A stretch of 64,000 nucleotides of DNA from Octopus sinensis (lineage: Eukaryota), in contig NC_043006.1 in NCBI RefSeq assembly GCF_006345805.1, positions 105,710,001 through 105,774,000 on the forward strand. Direction: 5' to 3'. The notes under the pieces were generated by a model. It worked only from the letters and a program-made list of their open reading frames with translations. It was not told where the DNA came from and searched no databases. The translations under genes were made by a program, and so were the position numbers. How positions within the stretch are numbered: the stretch's first letter is position 1; each line of letters begins with the position of its first letter. Shown here piece by piece: positions 37,029-50,375 of the stretch.

Positions 37029-38370
37029 TACACGAGGTGCATTCTAGACACCCTTAGGAAAGGCAATTATAACTGTACTAGATTTTAGTATATCATTACT
37101 AATAAGCTAACCTCCAGCTTTTATAATTCCAGACTGAAGGAGACGGTTGTTGCAAAATTTTGAATCCGCCCCAATAAACTGCTTGTCACGGCTGACTAGT
37201 TCGCAAAACGTAATCGGGATACGAAGAGAATTTGGAAGCTTTCTATGCAATAAAGTTTTGTTAAACTGGACAAAAACACCACAGGAACTTGTGAAATACT
37301 TCTGACCGTCTATGGATTAACCTCTACAAGACGAGCATTCGTTTTTTGCAGGCACAAGAGGCCACGTAAAGCAAGATCACCGGGAAGCTCATGATCATTC
37401 CTTTTTTTTTGATTCCAAGGATATCATCTCCGTCCACTGGGTTCCTTCTTGCAAGACTTCAACAACAAAGAGAACTTTATGGAGGTGTTGAGGGAATCCA
37501 GGAAGAGATTTCCTCCCAAAAGGGAAGAGCATCTGCACCAGGACAATGTACTGGTCCATACTTTTATCCTGGTAAATAACTATTTGATAGAGAAGGGCAT
37601 CAAAAGTCTCCTTCAGACCTCGATCCCTGTGACTTGATTACTGTAAATCCTCGAGTATAGTCCGCAGGGGATTTTTAGGGGGCTGTACTTCTGAAAAACC
37701 TAAACCTTGTGTATAATACGTACCTCTTCTCTAACTTCAGTCGTGCGTAATTAAGCCAGCAGCACCTAGTCGAACAAACACTTCCGCACATGCGTAATAC
37801 AATAATGGTGATGTTCTTAACTGTTATATGGGAATGTAAATATGTTTGCAAATTGTTTTTGTTACATGTTATTTTATATTTTGAATACTTTTATTTTAAT
37901 AAATGTTGCTTACTGCAAGTTATGGATGATTCTTTTATGACTTCATTGCTTTCAGGCTTAGCTGATGGTATTTTCGCGCCCGACATCACAAAATGCGTCT
38001 GAATAAACATTGCCGGACAGTAAATAGAGACTCGGACATTGCTTACAAAATATTTTTCATTTTTAACCTCGTATATAGTACGCACTCGGGATTTTGAGGC
38101 AATTAAATTTTGGGGAAAAATGCAGATTATACTCGAGGATTTACGGTATTCCTCAAGCTGAAGGAGATGAAGGAGGCTGTGATTAGAGCCCTGCATACCT
38201 TTAATTTGGAGGGCTTCCATGGGGGTCTTCACAAAGTAGCTGGAGAGCTACAAGAAATGCATAGAAGCTAGAAGATTCTACTTTCAAGGAGATTAAAGTT
38301 TTGTACTTCATTGAAATTAATAAATGTCTCTCTTGAAAAAAGTCTCAAAACTTCTGGAATGCCCCTTGTA
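37029..38370 (+). mobile_element. internally deleted mariner element interrupted by a MITE
   Basis: HQDNVLVH...YLIEKGIK...PCD|FLKLKE..GFH...FQGD; termini TACACGAGGTGCATTC / rc TACAAGGGGCATTCC. Confidence 0.8.
37641..38146. mobile_element. 506-bp MITE (Tc1/mariner-pogo superfamily)
   Basis: TIRs CTGTAAATCCTCGAGTATAGTCCGCA / rc CCGTAAATCCTCGAGTATAATCTGCA; TA TSD at 37639-40 and 38147-48. Confidence 0.85.
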
Positions 38371-38702
38371 TTTATGTGCTTGTAATCTTTACGTTACTGC
38401 GTTAAAAACAAACATCTGTATGCATATTGCCTGTGCGTGTGCGTGCGCGTGTAAACGTGCGCCTTTACAGGAGTGTATTTGAAGGAGGGAATCTATAGGT
38501 GTATGTGTATTTGTGTGTGATTCTATGTGCGTATGTCTATGTGAGTGTGTTTGCAGGAGAGAGTGTATATGTGTCTATGTCTACATGTGAATGTGTCTTA
38601 CATAGATGTGTCTCCGTCGTTCATCATTGTCACCATCATCATCACAATTGTCGTCAGCAACATCAGTAGCGTCATCATCATCATCATAATAATGCAACTT
38701 CT

Positions 38703-38915
38703 TAAAGCGACGAGCTGGCAGAATCGTTAGCACGCCCGGAAAAATGCTTCGTTGCATTTCGTCCGTTTTTATGTTCTGAGTTCAAATTCCGCTGGGGTCG
38801 ACTTTGTCTTTCATCTTTTCGGGGTCGATAAAATAAATACCACCTTAGCACTGGGGTCAATGAAATCTTCTTATCCTCTCCCCGCAAAATTGCTGGCCTT
38901 GTTCCAAAATGTGAA
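38703..38915 (+). mobile_element. SINE family A
   Basis: AAAGCGACGAGCTGGCAGAATCGTTAGCACGCC head. Confidence 0.85.
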
Positions 38916-39914
38916 ACCACTAATGTTCCTCCTCCCCGTCTTCCTTCCCCCCATTCTCATCATTATCATTTTCTCCTTCCTCTTCCTCCTCCTCCTCCTC
39001 CTCCTCCACTTCCTCCTTATTCTTATCATCATTCTCTTCCTCCAACTTTTTCTCCCCTTCCCCTTCTTCCTGCTCCTGCTCCTCCTCTTCTTCTTCTCCT
39101 CTCCCTTTAACATCAGAGGCATTTCTGTGCATCAATGTTTCACTGTTTCACGTTATATACAAAATCGGTTGCGATATTTTCCCAATCTTATTACTTATTT
39201 CGTCTTTGACATTCTTCCAACCTTTCCAGAAGCATGTAGACCTAACTCCATCCATCCCATCCCACAACAAATAACAATCCTCTCTTCCATGTTCTTAATA
39301 ATTCATCCATTCATTGTGATATTCTGGCGCCATTTAGTATATTCTATCGTCTGATCTGTCATCCCTTCATCGATATCCAGCTCATCTATTTACTAACATC
39401 TTGATCACTCAATTGTGTACTGATATCCTTTACCAGTTAACTTTATGTGTGTGTGTGTGTGTGTGTGTGTGCGCGTGCGTATGTATGTGTTTATTTATAT
39501 ATATTATGTAAACGTAAATATACAGATATATTATATATGATCATGTTGATACGAACATATTTATTTGCATACATACATACATATATATATATATGCATAT
39601 ATATACGTGTGTGTATATATAAGAATAAATAAATATATATATACATAATATAAATTATATATAGCATATATCATATATATGACAAATATATATATATATA
39701 TATACTCATACACACAAATATATATATATATTTTATACATACATACATACAGACAGACATACATACATACACGTTTTTATGTATCTATATAGATATAAAT
39801 ACATATATACACACGTTTAGAAGCACATGGTATTTATATATTTATTAATTATAGTCCGGTTGCCTTAATGTGATACGTTATACACTCACTGTTTATGCAT
39901 AAACAAATATACTT

Positions 39915-40790
39915 CCATTTGATACTATCTTCATTCAGATGATATCTTTCTGTAGTTATATCTATCCCCATTTAATTGTTGATATCCTTGTTTAGATGTT
40001 GATATTTTTTATCTGTTGATATCATGATTTTGATGTTGATATCCTTACTGACATATCAATATCTTTCATTTAGTTGTTGATATCGTCATTCGGATGTTGA
40101 TATCCTCAGTTTATTTTTGGTATCCTCATTTAATTGCTGATATCCTTATTTAGTTGTTGATGTCATTTAGATGTTGATATCACGATTTAGATGTCGATAT
40201 CTTCATTTAGATGTTGATATCATGATTTTATTGTGGATATCCTAATTTAATTGCTGTTATCTTAATTCAGGGCTTGATATCCCCATTCAGACTTTGATAT
40301 CCTTCTTTTTATTGCTCGTATAATCATTTAGATTTTGATATAATCTTCATTTGTTAATTTCTCATTCATATGTTGATATCCTCACTTGATTCTTAATATC
40401 CTCATTCAATTGTTGATATCCTCATTTAACTGTTGATTTCCTCATTTAATTGTTGATATCATCATTTAATTGTTGATATTTTTACTTAATTGTTGATATC
40501 GTTATGTATTGTTGATATCCTCCTTTTTATTGTCGATATATTCATTTAGATATCGATATTATCTTCATTTGTTGCTATCCCATTCCCGTGGTGGTATCCT
40601 CACTCAGTTGTTGATATCCTTATTTAATCGTTGTTATCCTTATTTGTTAGCATCCTCATTTTCTTGTTGATATTCTCATTCAAGTGTCGATACCCTTCAT
40701 TTACTTGTTGATATCTCATTTTCTTGGTGATACCCCGATATAATTGCTAATATAATCGTTATTTAGTTGTTGATATTCTCACTGTTTTCT
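39915..40790. repeat. diverged 20-bp minisatellite, consensus GTTGATATCCTCATTTAATT
   Basis: GTTGATATC recurs every ~20 bp for about 40 units. Confidence 0.9.
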
Positions 40791-40886
40791 AATTTCAGGT
40801 TTACATGGACGTCAATTCGCATGAAAGCAATATTTCCTCTACCTGACACTATTGCTTCATCAATTTATATTTAAATGCCCCAGTCC

Positions 40887-41010
40887 ACATGGCTGTTAAG
40901 TGGTAGAATTGTCCGAGCAGAAGACAAAATGTCTCGTGGCATTTGTTCCTTATCTCTGAAATTTTTAGTTCAAATGCTTCTGTCGTTAAATTTGTCTTTC
41001 ATATTTTCGA
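40887..41010 (+). mobile_element. SINE family A-like, old
   Basis: GTGGTAGAATTGT...AAAATG.CTCGTGGCATTTG...GTTCAAAT. Confidence 0.5.
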
Positions 41011-41172
41011 GGCACTTTACTGACGACAAGAAAAATTTTGCTGGGATTAGTTGCGCGACATCCACCTTGGTTATTTAGGCTGTATTCTTGCCGTTGGCAG
41101 CTGTATACGTGTGTTAGGTTTGTACTGGTATTTTATGCATGTATATATGAATGGATCTATGTATGAATGCAA

Positions 41173-41291
<119 letters not shown>

Positions 41292-41300
41292 CCTACCTAC

Positions 41301-41356
<56 letters not shown>

Positions 41357-42389
41357 GTGTATATACACATCTATCTGTACACCTATACATACCCATATAT
41401 ATGTATGTGTGTGTGGCGTGTTTGTACATGTATATATGCATATATCTATACCTATATATGCATACATGTCTGTACGTAAATACATATATATGCGTGGTAT
41501 ATGTATAACTGTTTAATGCATATGTACACACGCATACACCTATACACTCACTCACTCACACACACACACACACACACACACACAACACACACACACACAC
41601 ACAAACATATTTTGTTCTTTTAAGCCTAGGGTTATGCAGGTGTCTCTAAGTATAAACGGTAATGGTGGAATGGACGGAGCCGCAACGTTTTTTAAAAATG
41701 TATATACATACATTGCAATGAATGGAGATGAAAGGTTTAAGAATAAAATAAAAAAGAAAAAGAAAGAAATGAGCCGTGGAAGGAACAGAGAGGAAATAGA
41801 AGAAGAAGAAGAAGAAGAAGAAGAAGAAAAGAAGGAAGAAGAAGAAGAGAAGAAGAAGAAGAAGAAGAAGAGGAGGTAGAAGAAGAAGAAGAAGAAGAAG
41901 AAGAAAAGAATGAGAAGAAGAATAAGAAGAAGAAGAAGAAGAAGAAGGGGAAGAAAAAAAAGAAGAGAAGGAAGAAGAATAGAAGATGAAGGAGAAGAAG
42001 AATAAGAAAAGAAGATGTATAGAACGGGATAACGGGGGGATGAAACTGAGAGAAAAGAATAATTTAAATATTTAAGCTATTTACAAATTAATCCTTCAGG
42101 TATAAAAAGGCAGCGTTGGTTGTTAAAGTACAATTCCCTTGTCGGTGCTGCCAATAATTTATTTTTGGTGGTACTGACAAATTAATTTACCCTTACTCCA
42201 CCCCACCTCCTACCGTACCCCTGCCGGCAATTCTAATTTTGTCCTTTTTTTGTTGTTTTCTTTTCCACCTGCAAAATCTGAATTGATCAAAAAATAAAAA
42301 TACAGGTACAACACCGTTTTGTTCCAAAGTCTCTTTAGATTACTAATTTTAGCAACCAAAAGTGGCCACCATTAAATTAAACAAATATC

Positions 42390-42510
42390 GATTTCAAATT
42401 TTGGCACAAGGTCAGCAATTTCGAGGAAAGGGTTAAGTCGATTGCACTGACCCCAGTACTCAACTGGTACTTTTTTTATTGACCTCAGAAGGACGAAAAG
42501 GTGAAAACGT
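42390..42510 (-). mobile_element. SINE family A 3' part
   Basis: TAAGTCGATT...CCCCAGTACTCAACTGGTACTT. Confidence 0.7.
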
Positions 42511-42725
42511 CCATGAAACGGATTCCTGTGGTTTATATTGCAGAAGTCAATTCTATAATACAAGGTCTGAAACGATGGCAAAATGGTCTCGGATGGAACA
42601 TCAGCATACAAACCGCATAGTAGCGCTCTCATCAATGCGAATGTGCTTGTCTTTACTGTAACATCCGCTGTTATGTAAAACAAGAACGAATATATCCTAA
42701 ACAGATTTTGTTTAGCCCCAGATAG

Positions 42726-42960
42726 AGGTGCGTGGCTTGGTGGCTAGGTTGTTGGACTCATGATCGGAAGATTGCGGCTTTGTTTCGTGGACCTGGTGAT
42801 GTGTTAAGTTCTTGAGAAAAACACTTCATTCCACGTTGCTCCAGTCCACTCTGCTAGCAAAAATGAGTCATCCTGCGACGGACAGGTGCCGAATATATAC
42901 GCCATGGAAACCGGGAAACCCGGCCCCTAGGAGCTGGTATGACTTGAGAATGTAACTTTA
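42726..42960 (+). mobile_element. SINE family C
   Basis: GCGTGGCTTGGTGG...CATGATCG...CACGTTGCTCCAGTCCACTC...GGAAACCGGGAAACC. Confidence 0.75.
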
Positions 42961-43004
42961 CTTTACTGGTCAGCTCTGATCCTGCAGACCTATTCTGTTA
43001 TTCT

Positions 43005-43453
43005 TTTACTTGCTTCAGTCATTTGAGTGCGGTCATGCTGGAGCACCACCGTTAGTCGAATCAAATCGACCTTATTCTTTGTAAGCCTAGTACTTATTGT
43101 ATCGATTTGTTTAGCCGAACCGCTAAGTTACGAGGACCTAAACGCACCAGCATCGGTTGTCAAGTGATGTTGGAGGGACAAACACAGATACACAACACAC
43201 TCACACACACACAGACACACACACACACACACACACAACACACACACACACACACGCACACACACACGCACACACACACATAAATATATACGACGGGCTT
43301 CTTTCAGTTTCCGTCTACCAAATCCAATCACAAGGCTTTGGTCGGCCCGAGGCTATAGTAGAATACATTTGCCCAAGGCGCCACGTAGTGGGACTGAATC
43401 CGGAACCATGTGGTTGGTAAGCAAGCTACTTACCACACAGCCACTCCTTCGCC
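43005..43453 (-). mobile_element. SINE family B, full length
   Basis: Collinear with 15200-15617. Confidence 0.9.
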
Positions 43454-44049
43454 TATGCTCAAAGATGTTTCAGGGATGACCTGACATCATTTACCGAGAC
43501 ATTTATCTAATCTATCATTCTTTTTATGAGACGATAAAGCGCATTGTTTGAGAGAAACTTGGTTGCTATTTCTAGAAAGGTCAGCTACTTTGTAGATGTA
43601 CCCTCGATTAATACAGTCCGGCGAACAACTGAAAACTGCGGCAATATCTGCTTTAAATCGCACTCTGATGTCTTAAAAAGAAAGAACACATTTGGATCGC
43701 AAAGTGACGAATACGCAATATAAAGCTAGAGACGTGATAGTCACGGTTGAATGTATTTGATGTTATGTCTGCGTGAGCAGAGCTGACCAGGGACTAAAAC
43801 CAACAACAGGATACACTGAACAGCAAGAGAAACGCACCATGCTTATACTGCTATGTTGCACTCCGCACAGTAAACTACTTAACAGGAAGAGGATTGAGAT
43901 AAGTACAAAAAGGCAGGATGGCCACGGTTGGAAATACATTTGATCATAAGTTCTATTCGATCAAGACTAACCTGGAACTAATGATTCTGACATCGACCCA
44001 CTTCAACAACAACAACAATAACAACAATTAAAAAATTCCTTTCTACAAT

Positions 44050-44432
44050 AGGCACAAGGCCTGAAAGTTTGGAGGAAGGAGTAAGTCGATTACATCAACC
44101 CCAGTACTCAACTGGTACTTATTTTATGTACCCCGAAAGGATAAAAGGCAAAGTCGATCTCGGCGGAATTTGAACTCAGAACGTAAAGACAGACGAAATA
44201 CCTATTTCTTTACTACCCACAAGGGGATGAACACAGAGGGGACAAACAAGGACAGACAAACGGACTAAGTCGATTATATCGACCCCAGTGCGTAACTGAT
44301 ACTTAATTAATCGACCCCGAAAGGATGAAAGGCAAAGTCGACCTCGGCGGAATTTGAACTCACAACGTAACGGCAGACGACATACCGCTAAGCATTTTTC
44401 CTGGTGTGCTAACGAATCTGCCACCTCGCTAC
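44050..44432 (-). mobile_element. SINE family A with duplicated internal unit
   Basis: GGCAAAGTCGA.CTCGGCGGAATTTGAACTCA occurs twice (~44147 and ~44331). Confidence 0.85.
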
Positions 44433-44433
44433 C

Positions 44434-44500
<67 letters not shown>

Positions 44501-44514
44501 AATAATGATAATAC

Positions 44515-44885
44515 GTTCCTTACGGAAAACAATCTTCTGCCAGTAGAACAAAAAGGATGCCGAAAAGGATCCAAGGGCACCAAGGACCACCTCGTGATTG
44601 ACAAGGTTATAATGAAGAACTGTAAACGGTACAAAAAAAAAAACTGATGCAAGGTTTACGACATGTTGCTGTCTTCGTGGATTTTGGAAACACCGAACAT
44701 GTGTGGAAAAGCTGAGAACGTGTGTGCATTGATTAAGAACAGCATATCTAGTTGGAAAATGCGGCTTTCCTGTAACAACCAGCCGAGGTAACAATAAAAA
44801 GAGGTATCTTCCAAGGAGATTCTTGTTCACCTCTGTTCTTCATATATACTTGATCCCACTTTCTGTAGTCCTACGTGAAATCAAC
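44515..44885 (+). mobile_element. R4/Dong-type reverse transcriptase fragment
   Basis: [34 protein letters not shown]...IKRGIFQGDSCSPLF; lies next to a (TAA)n tract. Confidence 0.85.
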
Positions 44886-46820
44886 GTGCACATCGACCCT
44901 AGTACTTCGCTGGTTCGTTACTTTATCTACACTGAAAAGATGAAATGAGTATTTCACCTCAGCGAGGTTGGAACTCAGAAGGAAAAGAGGTGAAAGAAAA
45001 GCTTCCAAGCATTTTTTTCCGGCGCGGTGACGCTTATGACAACTCGTCGCCTCAACAACAATAATAATAATAAGAATTATATGAAAACCGGACAGATTCT
45101 GATAGAAAGTGGAGGGAGGGGGAGAGGGAGAAGGTTTTCATTTAAGCACAATCAGAAGCCAGATTAATAAGGAACCTTATCAAAGTTGTTTGTTGTCTCC
45201 CCGCCTTCATCTTTAATCAACCACCACCACACACGTACATACATACAAATACATGTTTATACACACACAAACACTAGCGGCGCACACGAGCATTCGGTCA
45301 CATATTTTCTCTTACACGCGGGCAATACACACACACACACATACAAATTGTCTCTGTCACACAAGGACTTTGTCTTTTACACATACACATACAGTTAGTC
45401 AGACATACATTCTGTCTTACACGTGCATACATACTGACATACCGCTTATATGGGCATACATACTAACATATCGCTTACACATACATAATCAGTTAGTCAC
45501 ATACTCTCTCTCTCTCTTACACACATACACACACACACGTATTGCCTGTCTCTCTTACACGCATACACACACACATATATCATCTCTCTCACAAGCACAT
45601 ATGCAGATACGCAGAGTTCTTTACACACGCACAAACATACACAGACATGCGCATACATATAAAGCCGTACATATACACAAACACAGAAACATACACACTC
45701 TCGGAATATTTCTCGTTATGTTATTGTTTAAAACGCACAACTACACACGCACGCACACACACACGTACACACATACGCACACATACACACACAGAGCAAC
45801 ACAGACACACACACACAGAGCAACACACACGCACACAAACTTACATAGTTACGCAGAACCACATCACATACTCTGCAAACCACCATTACACACATAGGCA
45901 CGCATACACACATACACACACACACTCACACACACACACACGCACACACACACACGCACACACATACACACACGAGTCAATCCGGTAGCTTCAACTTGGT
46001 CGCTTGTTCTGCTAGAAATAGCAACCAAACCTTCCTCCAATTACTCCCGAATTTTTGAATAAATAAATAAGAGATGCGTTGTATAATATAGAAATGAGTT
46101 CTCTGCACATTGAAAAAAGACAAGGTGGTCACGTCTGGAACACAGTTGATCATAGGTCGGTTCCATCAAAGTTGAACTGCGGCTACACAAAAACACCAAT
46201 AGCATTCACATACATACTCTATAGTTTCACACACACACACACACACACATACACACACACACGCACGTTCCTGCATACACATTTAATCAAACATTCACAC
46301 ACACACACACACAGACAAACACACACACACACACGCTACATACTCAACACAGTAAACATCCCCTTATCATTCCCTGTTTCACTTTTTCTCACACACACAG
46401 ACACCCTCACACTTCTATCTCTCTCTCTATTCTACACTCTCTCATACATATCACCCCTCTTCTCTCTCTCTTTCACTCTCTCTCATACATATCACCGCTC
46501 TTCCCTCCCTTTCACACTCTCTCTCTTTCCTAAAGCCATACACACATTCAGAAATAACGCAGCTTCAGCTAATTTATGCTTCATACTTTCCCCATTCCCC
46601 GTCTACTTCGCTGTTTGTCTTTGATCAAAGTGTCTGGCCAGTTGCCATTGATAATCAGACTAAATCCGAGATATATTGTTAGTCAAGGATTATTGCTACT
46701 ATTAGTGTTGCTGTATATTATTAGCCTGGTCGGTGATAACATCCTAAATCTGTGCAAAGAAGGGATCAACTCACATTAGAATTCATATCACTTGCTAAAC
46801 GTCTACATATGGATATACAC

Positions 46821-46858
<38 letters not shown>

Positions 46859-47042
46859 TGTATATAAATGTATATACATACATATATACATATACACGTG
46901 TATATCCATCTGTAGAAGTTTAGCAAGATATGTATATATTTATATATACATACATACATAAGCATACATATATTATAGTGACCGCAATTATATAATTGCA
47001 AACGCACGCACACGCACAAAGTCAACCGCACTCATGTATGTG

Positions 47043-47081
<39 letters not shown>

Positions 47082-47214
47082 CACATACATAAATAAATAC
47101 ATACATACATACATACATACATACACACATACATACATGCATACATACACATACATACATACATACATACATACATACATACATGTATATATATATATGT
47201 ATGTGTATTTATTT

Positions 47215-47360
47215 TCTGTCCTTGTTTCTTTCTGTGTTCCTTTCTGTGGAAGAGGGTAACTCGAAACCTTAAAGACTTTTTCACTGCCCGAGCGATAAAC
47301 TAATACATCTGTTTGTTGTCTACACCACCGGTCTTCGTCTCTTTTTTGGTGAATTCTCCT
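47215..47360 (+). mobile_element. short repeat with degenerate hammerhead-like motif
   Basis: Same family as 10610-10765. Confidence 0.6.
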
Positions 47361-47383
47361 CCCTCTCTCCCTCTCTATATATA

Positions 47384-47429
<46 letters not shown>

Positions 47430-47768
47430 CGTGTGTGTATATGTGTGTATATGTGCATGTGCGCGCGCGTATGAACGTTGTGAAGCAACGTTGCCATTTT
47501 ACTACGAATCTTTACCAAATTTCACAGAGAGATCCTGATACAATCCCGAATAAATAAATATGGGCAAAACCCCAGTTGCAGGGCCCACTTGAGGGTTGAG
47601 CAGAATAAGTAAGGAAACGGAATGAAAGGGGTAGAAATGTGTAGTGGAGTAAGTAGTTGAGTGTAAGTCAGTATGGATTCCAGACCCGTCGTCAGTTACG
47701 TCAGACCGCGATTTTCTCTCACTTTTAGTTTTTCGTTAATATATCCGTGACCAACACACTTCTTATTT

Positions 47769-47808
<40 letters not shown>

Positions 47809-47937
47809 TATATACACACATACATATACAAACACACATTCTTGACATCAGAAGAATTTCGAAACTTTGTTTTTAATTGTTAAACTCGAAGCAAAAATCT
47901 ATAACTCACTTCTATGTATATATATGTATATATTTGC

Positions 47938-47968
<31 letters not shown>

Positions 47969-48069
47969 TGTATGTATGTATGTATGTATGTATGTATGTA
48001 TGTATGCATGTATGCATGTATGTATGTATGTATGCATGTATGTATGTATGTATGTATGTATGTAGTAAT

Positions 48070-48221
48070 AATAATGATAATAAAGGGTAAAATTAATTAA
48101 GGGAATACATTGTGGGGGAGATCTTCTTATAGCAGAAGAAATAGCTAAATTTTTTGGGTGCTATTTCTAAAAGTTCGGTATGTGACGAAGCAAATTTTCT
48201 TTGCTGAACCCTTATATGAAG

Positions 48222-48225
<4 letters not shown>
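48070..48225. mobile_element. copy of the 14454-15190 family
   Basis: AAGGGTAAAATTAATTAA joined to TCTTCTTATAG.AGA.GAAATAGCTAAATT..TTGG.TGCTATTTCTAAA.GTTCGGTATGTG. Confidence 0.7.
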
Positions 48226-48281
<56 letters not shown>

Positions 48282-48282
48282 T

Positions 48283-48320
<38 letters not shown>

Positions 48321-48516
48321 TATATATCTATTATATATTAAATAATATTAGGGAATAAATCCAAATTACAGGGAAAAATCAGATTTAGGATAATAAATCC
48401 AATTTTATAGTAAAATATTAATATAATTAAATTCGAGACAAAACCACTATTTTGCAAAACAAACAAGGAAAGACTTAATCAATACATAAAAATTTTTAAT
48501 ATAAAGAAATAAACCG

Positions 48517-48559
48517 CCACTAACAATCGTTTCATGTCTTCATGACATTCGTCAGGTGG
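48517..48559 (-). ncRNA. type-I hammerhead ribozyme motif
   Basis: rc: CCAC-CTGACGA-ATGTC-ATGAA-GACAT-GAAA-CGATTG-TT-A-GTGG. Confidence 0.7.
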
Positions 48560-48754
48560 ATTTTCGATCTCCTAATCTGTTTTAATTTATGAAGCTTAGT
48601 TTTTCCTTGGGGCTGGCCAGGTTGGAGGAATCCCCTTTTTTGTATCACCTAACTATCTGGATGTTTTGCGTTCTTGTCCGAAGGCAACACCGCGGAACAG
48701 GAGCAACCTCATAAATTCACTTCATAAATTAAAACAGATTAGGAGATCGAAAAT

Positions 48755-48797
48755 CCACCTGACGAATGTCATTGAAGACATGAAACGATTGTAGTGG
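48755..48797 (+). ncRNA. type-I hammerhead ribozyme motif, intact core
   Basis: CCAC-CTGACGA-ATGTC-ATTGAA-GACAT-GAAA-CGATTG-TA-GTGG. Confidence 0.8.
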
Positions 48798-48897
48798 CGG
48801 TTTATTTCTTTATATTAAAAATTTTTATGTATTGATTAAGTCTTTCCTTGTTTGTTTTGAAAATAGTGGTTTTTGTCTCGAATTATATTATATATAT

Positions 48898-48948
<51 letters not shown>

Positions 48949-49404
48949 AGGTGAAAATATATGTCTGTACATATGTACATACACTCACACACACAAGCAC
49001 ACATATTATAGTAGTAGGCAAGCTCAAGCTTTTTTGAACTCATAATATTCTGTGCGTGTATACCAATATTCCACTGAACTTTTTAATAATTCTTTCCGGA
49101 AACTATCTTTAACATTGCTTTGAGAATGTATGTATATGTTGCAATCTTTTGTGCCCAATATTTTAATGAACTTGTTAAAATTTTTTATGTCCTTAACATG
49201 CTTTTGTTACCAAAGAATGTATATATGTATTGTAGCTTTTGTGACAACCAATAATTAACACAACCAAACTTTTACATGTTACTTTTGACAATCTTTTTCT
49301 AAAAGTGAAACCGTAAAGTAAATAAACATCTTTTAAAATTGCATTTTCAACACCTTCTTTCGTATATAATTTCACTCGTGCGGTACCTTACAACTCCATT
49401 TTGT

Positions 49405-49449
<45 letters not shown>

Positions 49450-49455
49450 CAATTG

Positions 49456-49615
49456 CAGGGTGACACACAAAAACCGTTAGATTCCCTTCAACATTTAAAT
49501 TTAATTGGCCAAAATATTCTCGTCGCTTTCAGGCCGCGACCTGTTCACTGACGAAATTTCGTGCTGCATCTCATTTAAATGTCGAAGTGAATCGAACGGT
49601 TTTTGTGGGTTTTTA
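49456..49615. mobile_element. MITE-like remnant
   Basis: CAGGGTGACACACAAAAACCGTTAGATTC versus rc CCCACAAAAACCGTTCGATTC. Confidence 0.45.
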
Positions 49616-49784
49616 AATGGCTTATGAATACCTTCCATGCTGCATTGGTTTTTTTTCAGCACACATCTCAGATAAGGTCATTGCTATGCAACTACATCTC
49701 TGTAATATATATATGTATATATATATATATATATATATAATTAATATATATATATATAATTATATATATATATATATTATATAT

Positions 49785-49837
<53 letters not shown>

Positions 49838-49845
49838 TATATGAG

Positions 49846-50142
49846 TGAAGGCGCTTGACCTAGTGGTCAGGCGTGTTGCTTTCACGATCGTGGGGTCGTA
49901 GTTTCGATTTCCAGACCGGCTACACGTTGTGTTCTTGAGTAAAGTGCTTGATTTCACGTTGCCCTAGTCCACTCATCTGTAAATAAGTAACTCTGCGACA
50001 AAGCAGCCTAAAGATGAAGGGAATGTTGGCTTGGTCGCTTAGCCAGTGGGGTGGGGGCCATTCTAAAGCTAAAACCATGCAAAGCATATTGTTACCAGCG
50101 CTGTCTAGCAACACCCGATAGTTTAGTCGGTCACGTGATCAC
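49846..50142 (+). mobile_element. SINE family C
   Basis: GGCGCTTGACCTAGTGG head, GTTTCGATTTCC, GTTGTGTTCTTGAG core. Confidence 0.75.
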
Positions 50143-50169
50143 ATGATACACACACACATATGTATATGT

Positions 50170-50375
50170 TTATGTGTGTGTGTTTGTGTCTGTGTTTGTC
50201 CCCCCCATCACCACTTGACAACTGGTGTCGGTGTGTCTATGTCCCTGTTACCTAGCGGTTCGGCAAAAGACATCGATAGAATAAGTACCAGGCTTAAAAA
50301 AATAGTCCTGGTGTCAATTTGTTCGACTATAACACTTCAAGGTGGTGCTCCAGCAAGGCCACAAGTAAAAGAATA
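50170..50375 (+). mobile_element. SINE family B 3' half
   Basis: CACTTGACAACTGGTGTCGG...AGCGGTTCGGCAAAAGA..CGATAGAATAAGTACC. Confidence 0.75.

Larger units (their letters stand above)
48340..48890. mobile_element. (TA)n-flanked fold-back element with two hammerhead motifs (Penelope pseudo-LTR-like)
   Basis: Inverted arms 48429-48594 and 48720-48884; the spacer shares TTTTCCTTGGGGCTGGCCAG.TTGGAG.AATC with 6001-6032. Confidence 0.85.

Noticed and set aside
49540-49595. CTGACGA flanked by TTCAC/GTGAA
   Set aside because: No GAAA after a stem II; lies inside a MITE-like remnant
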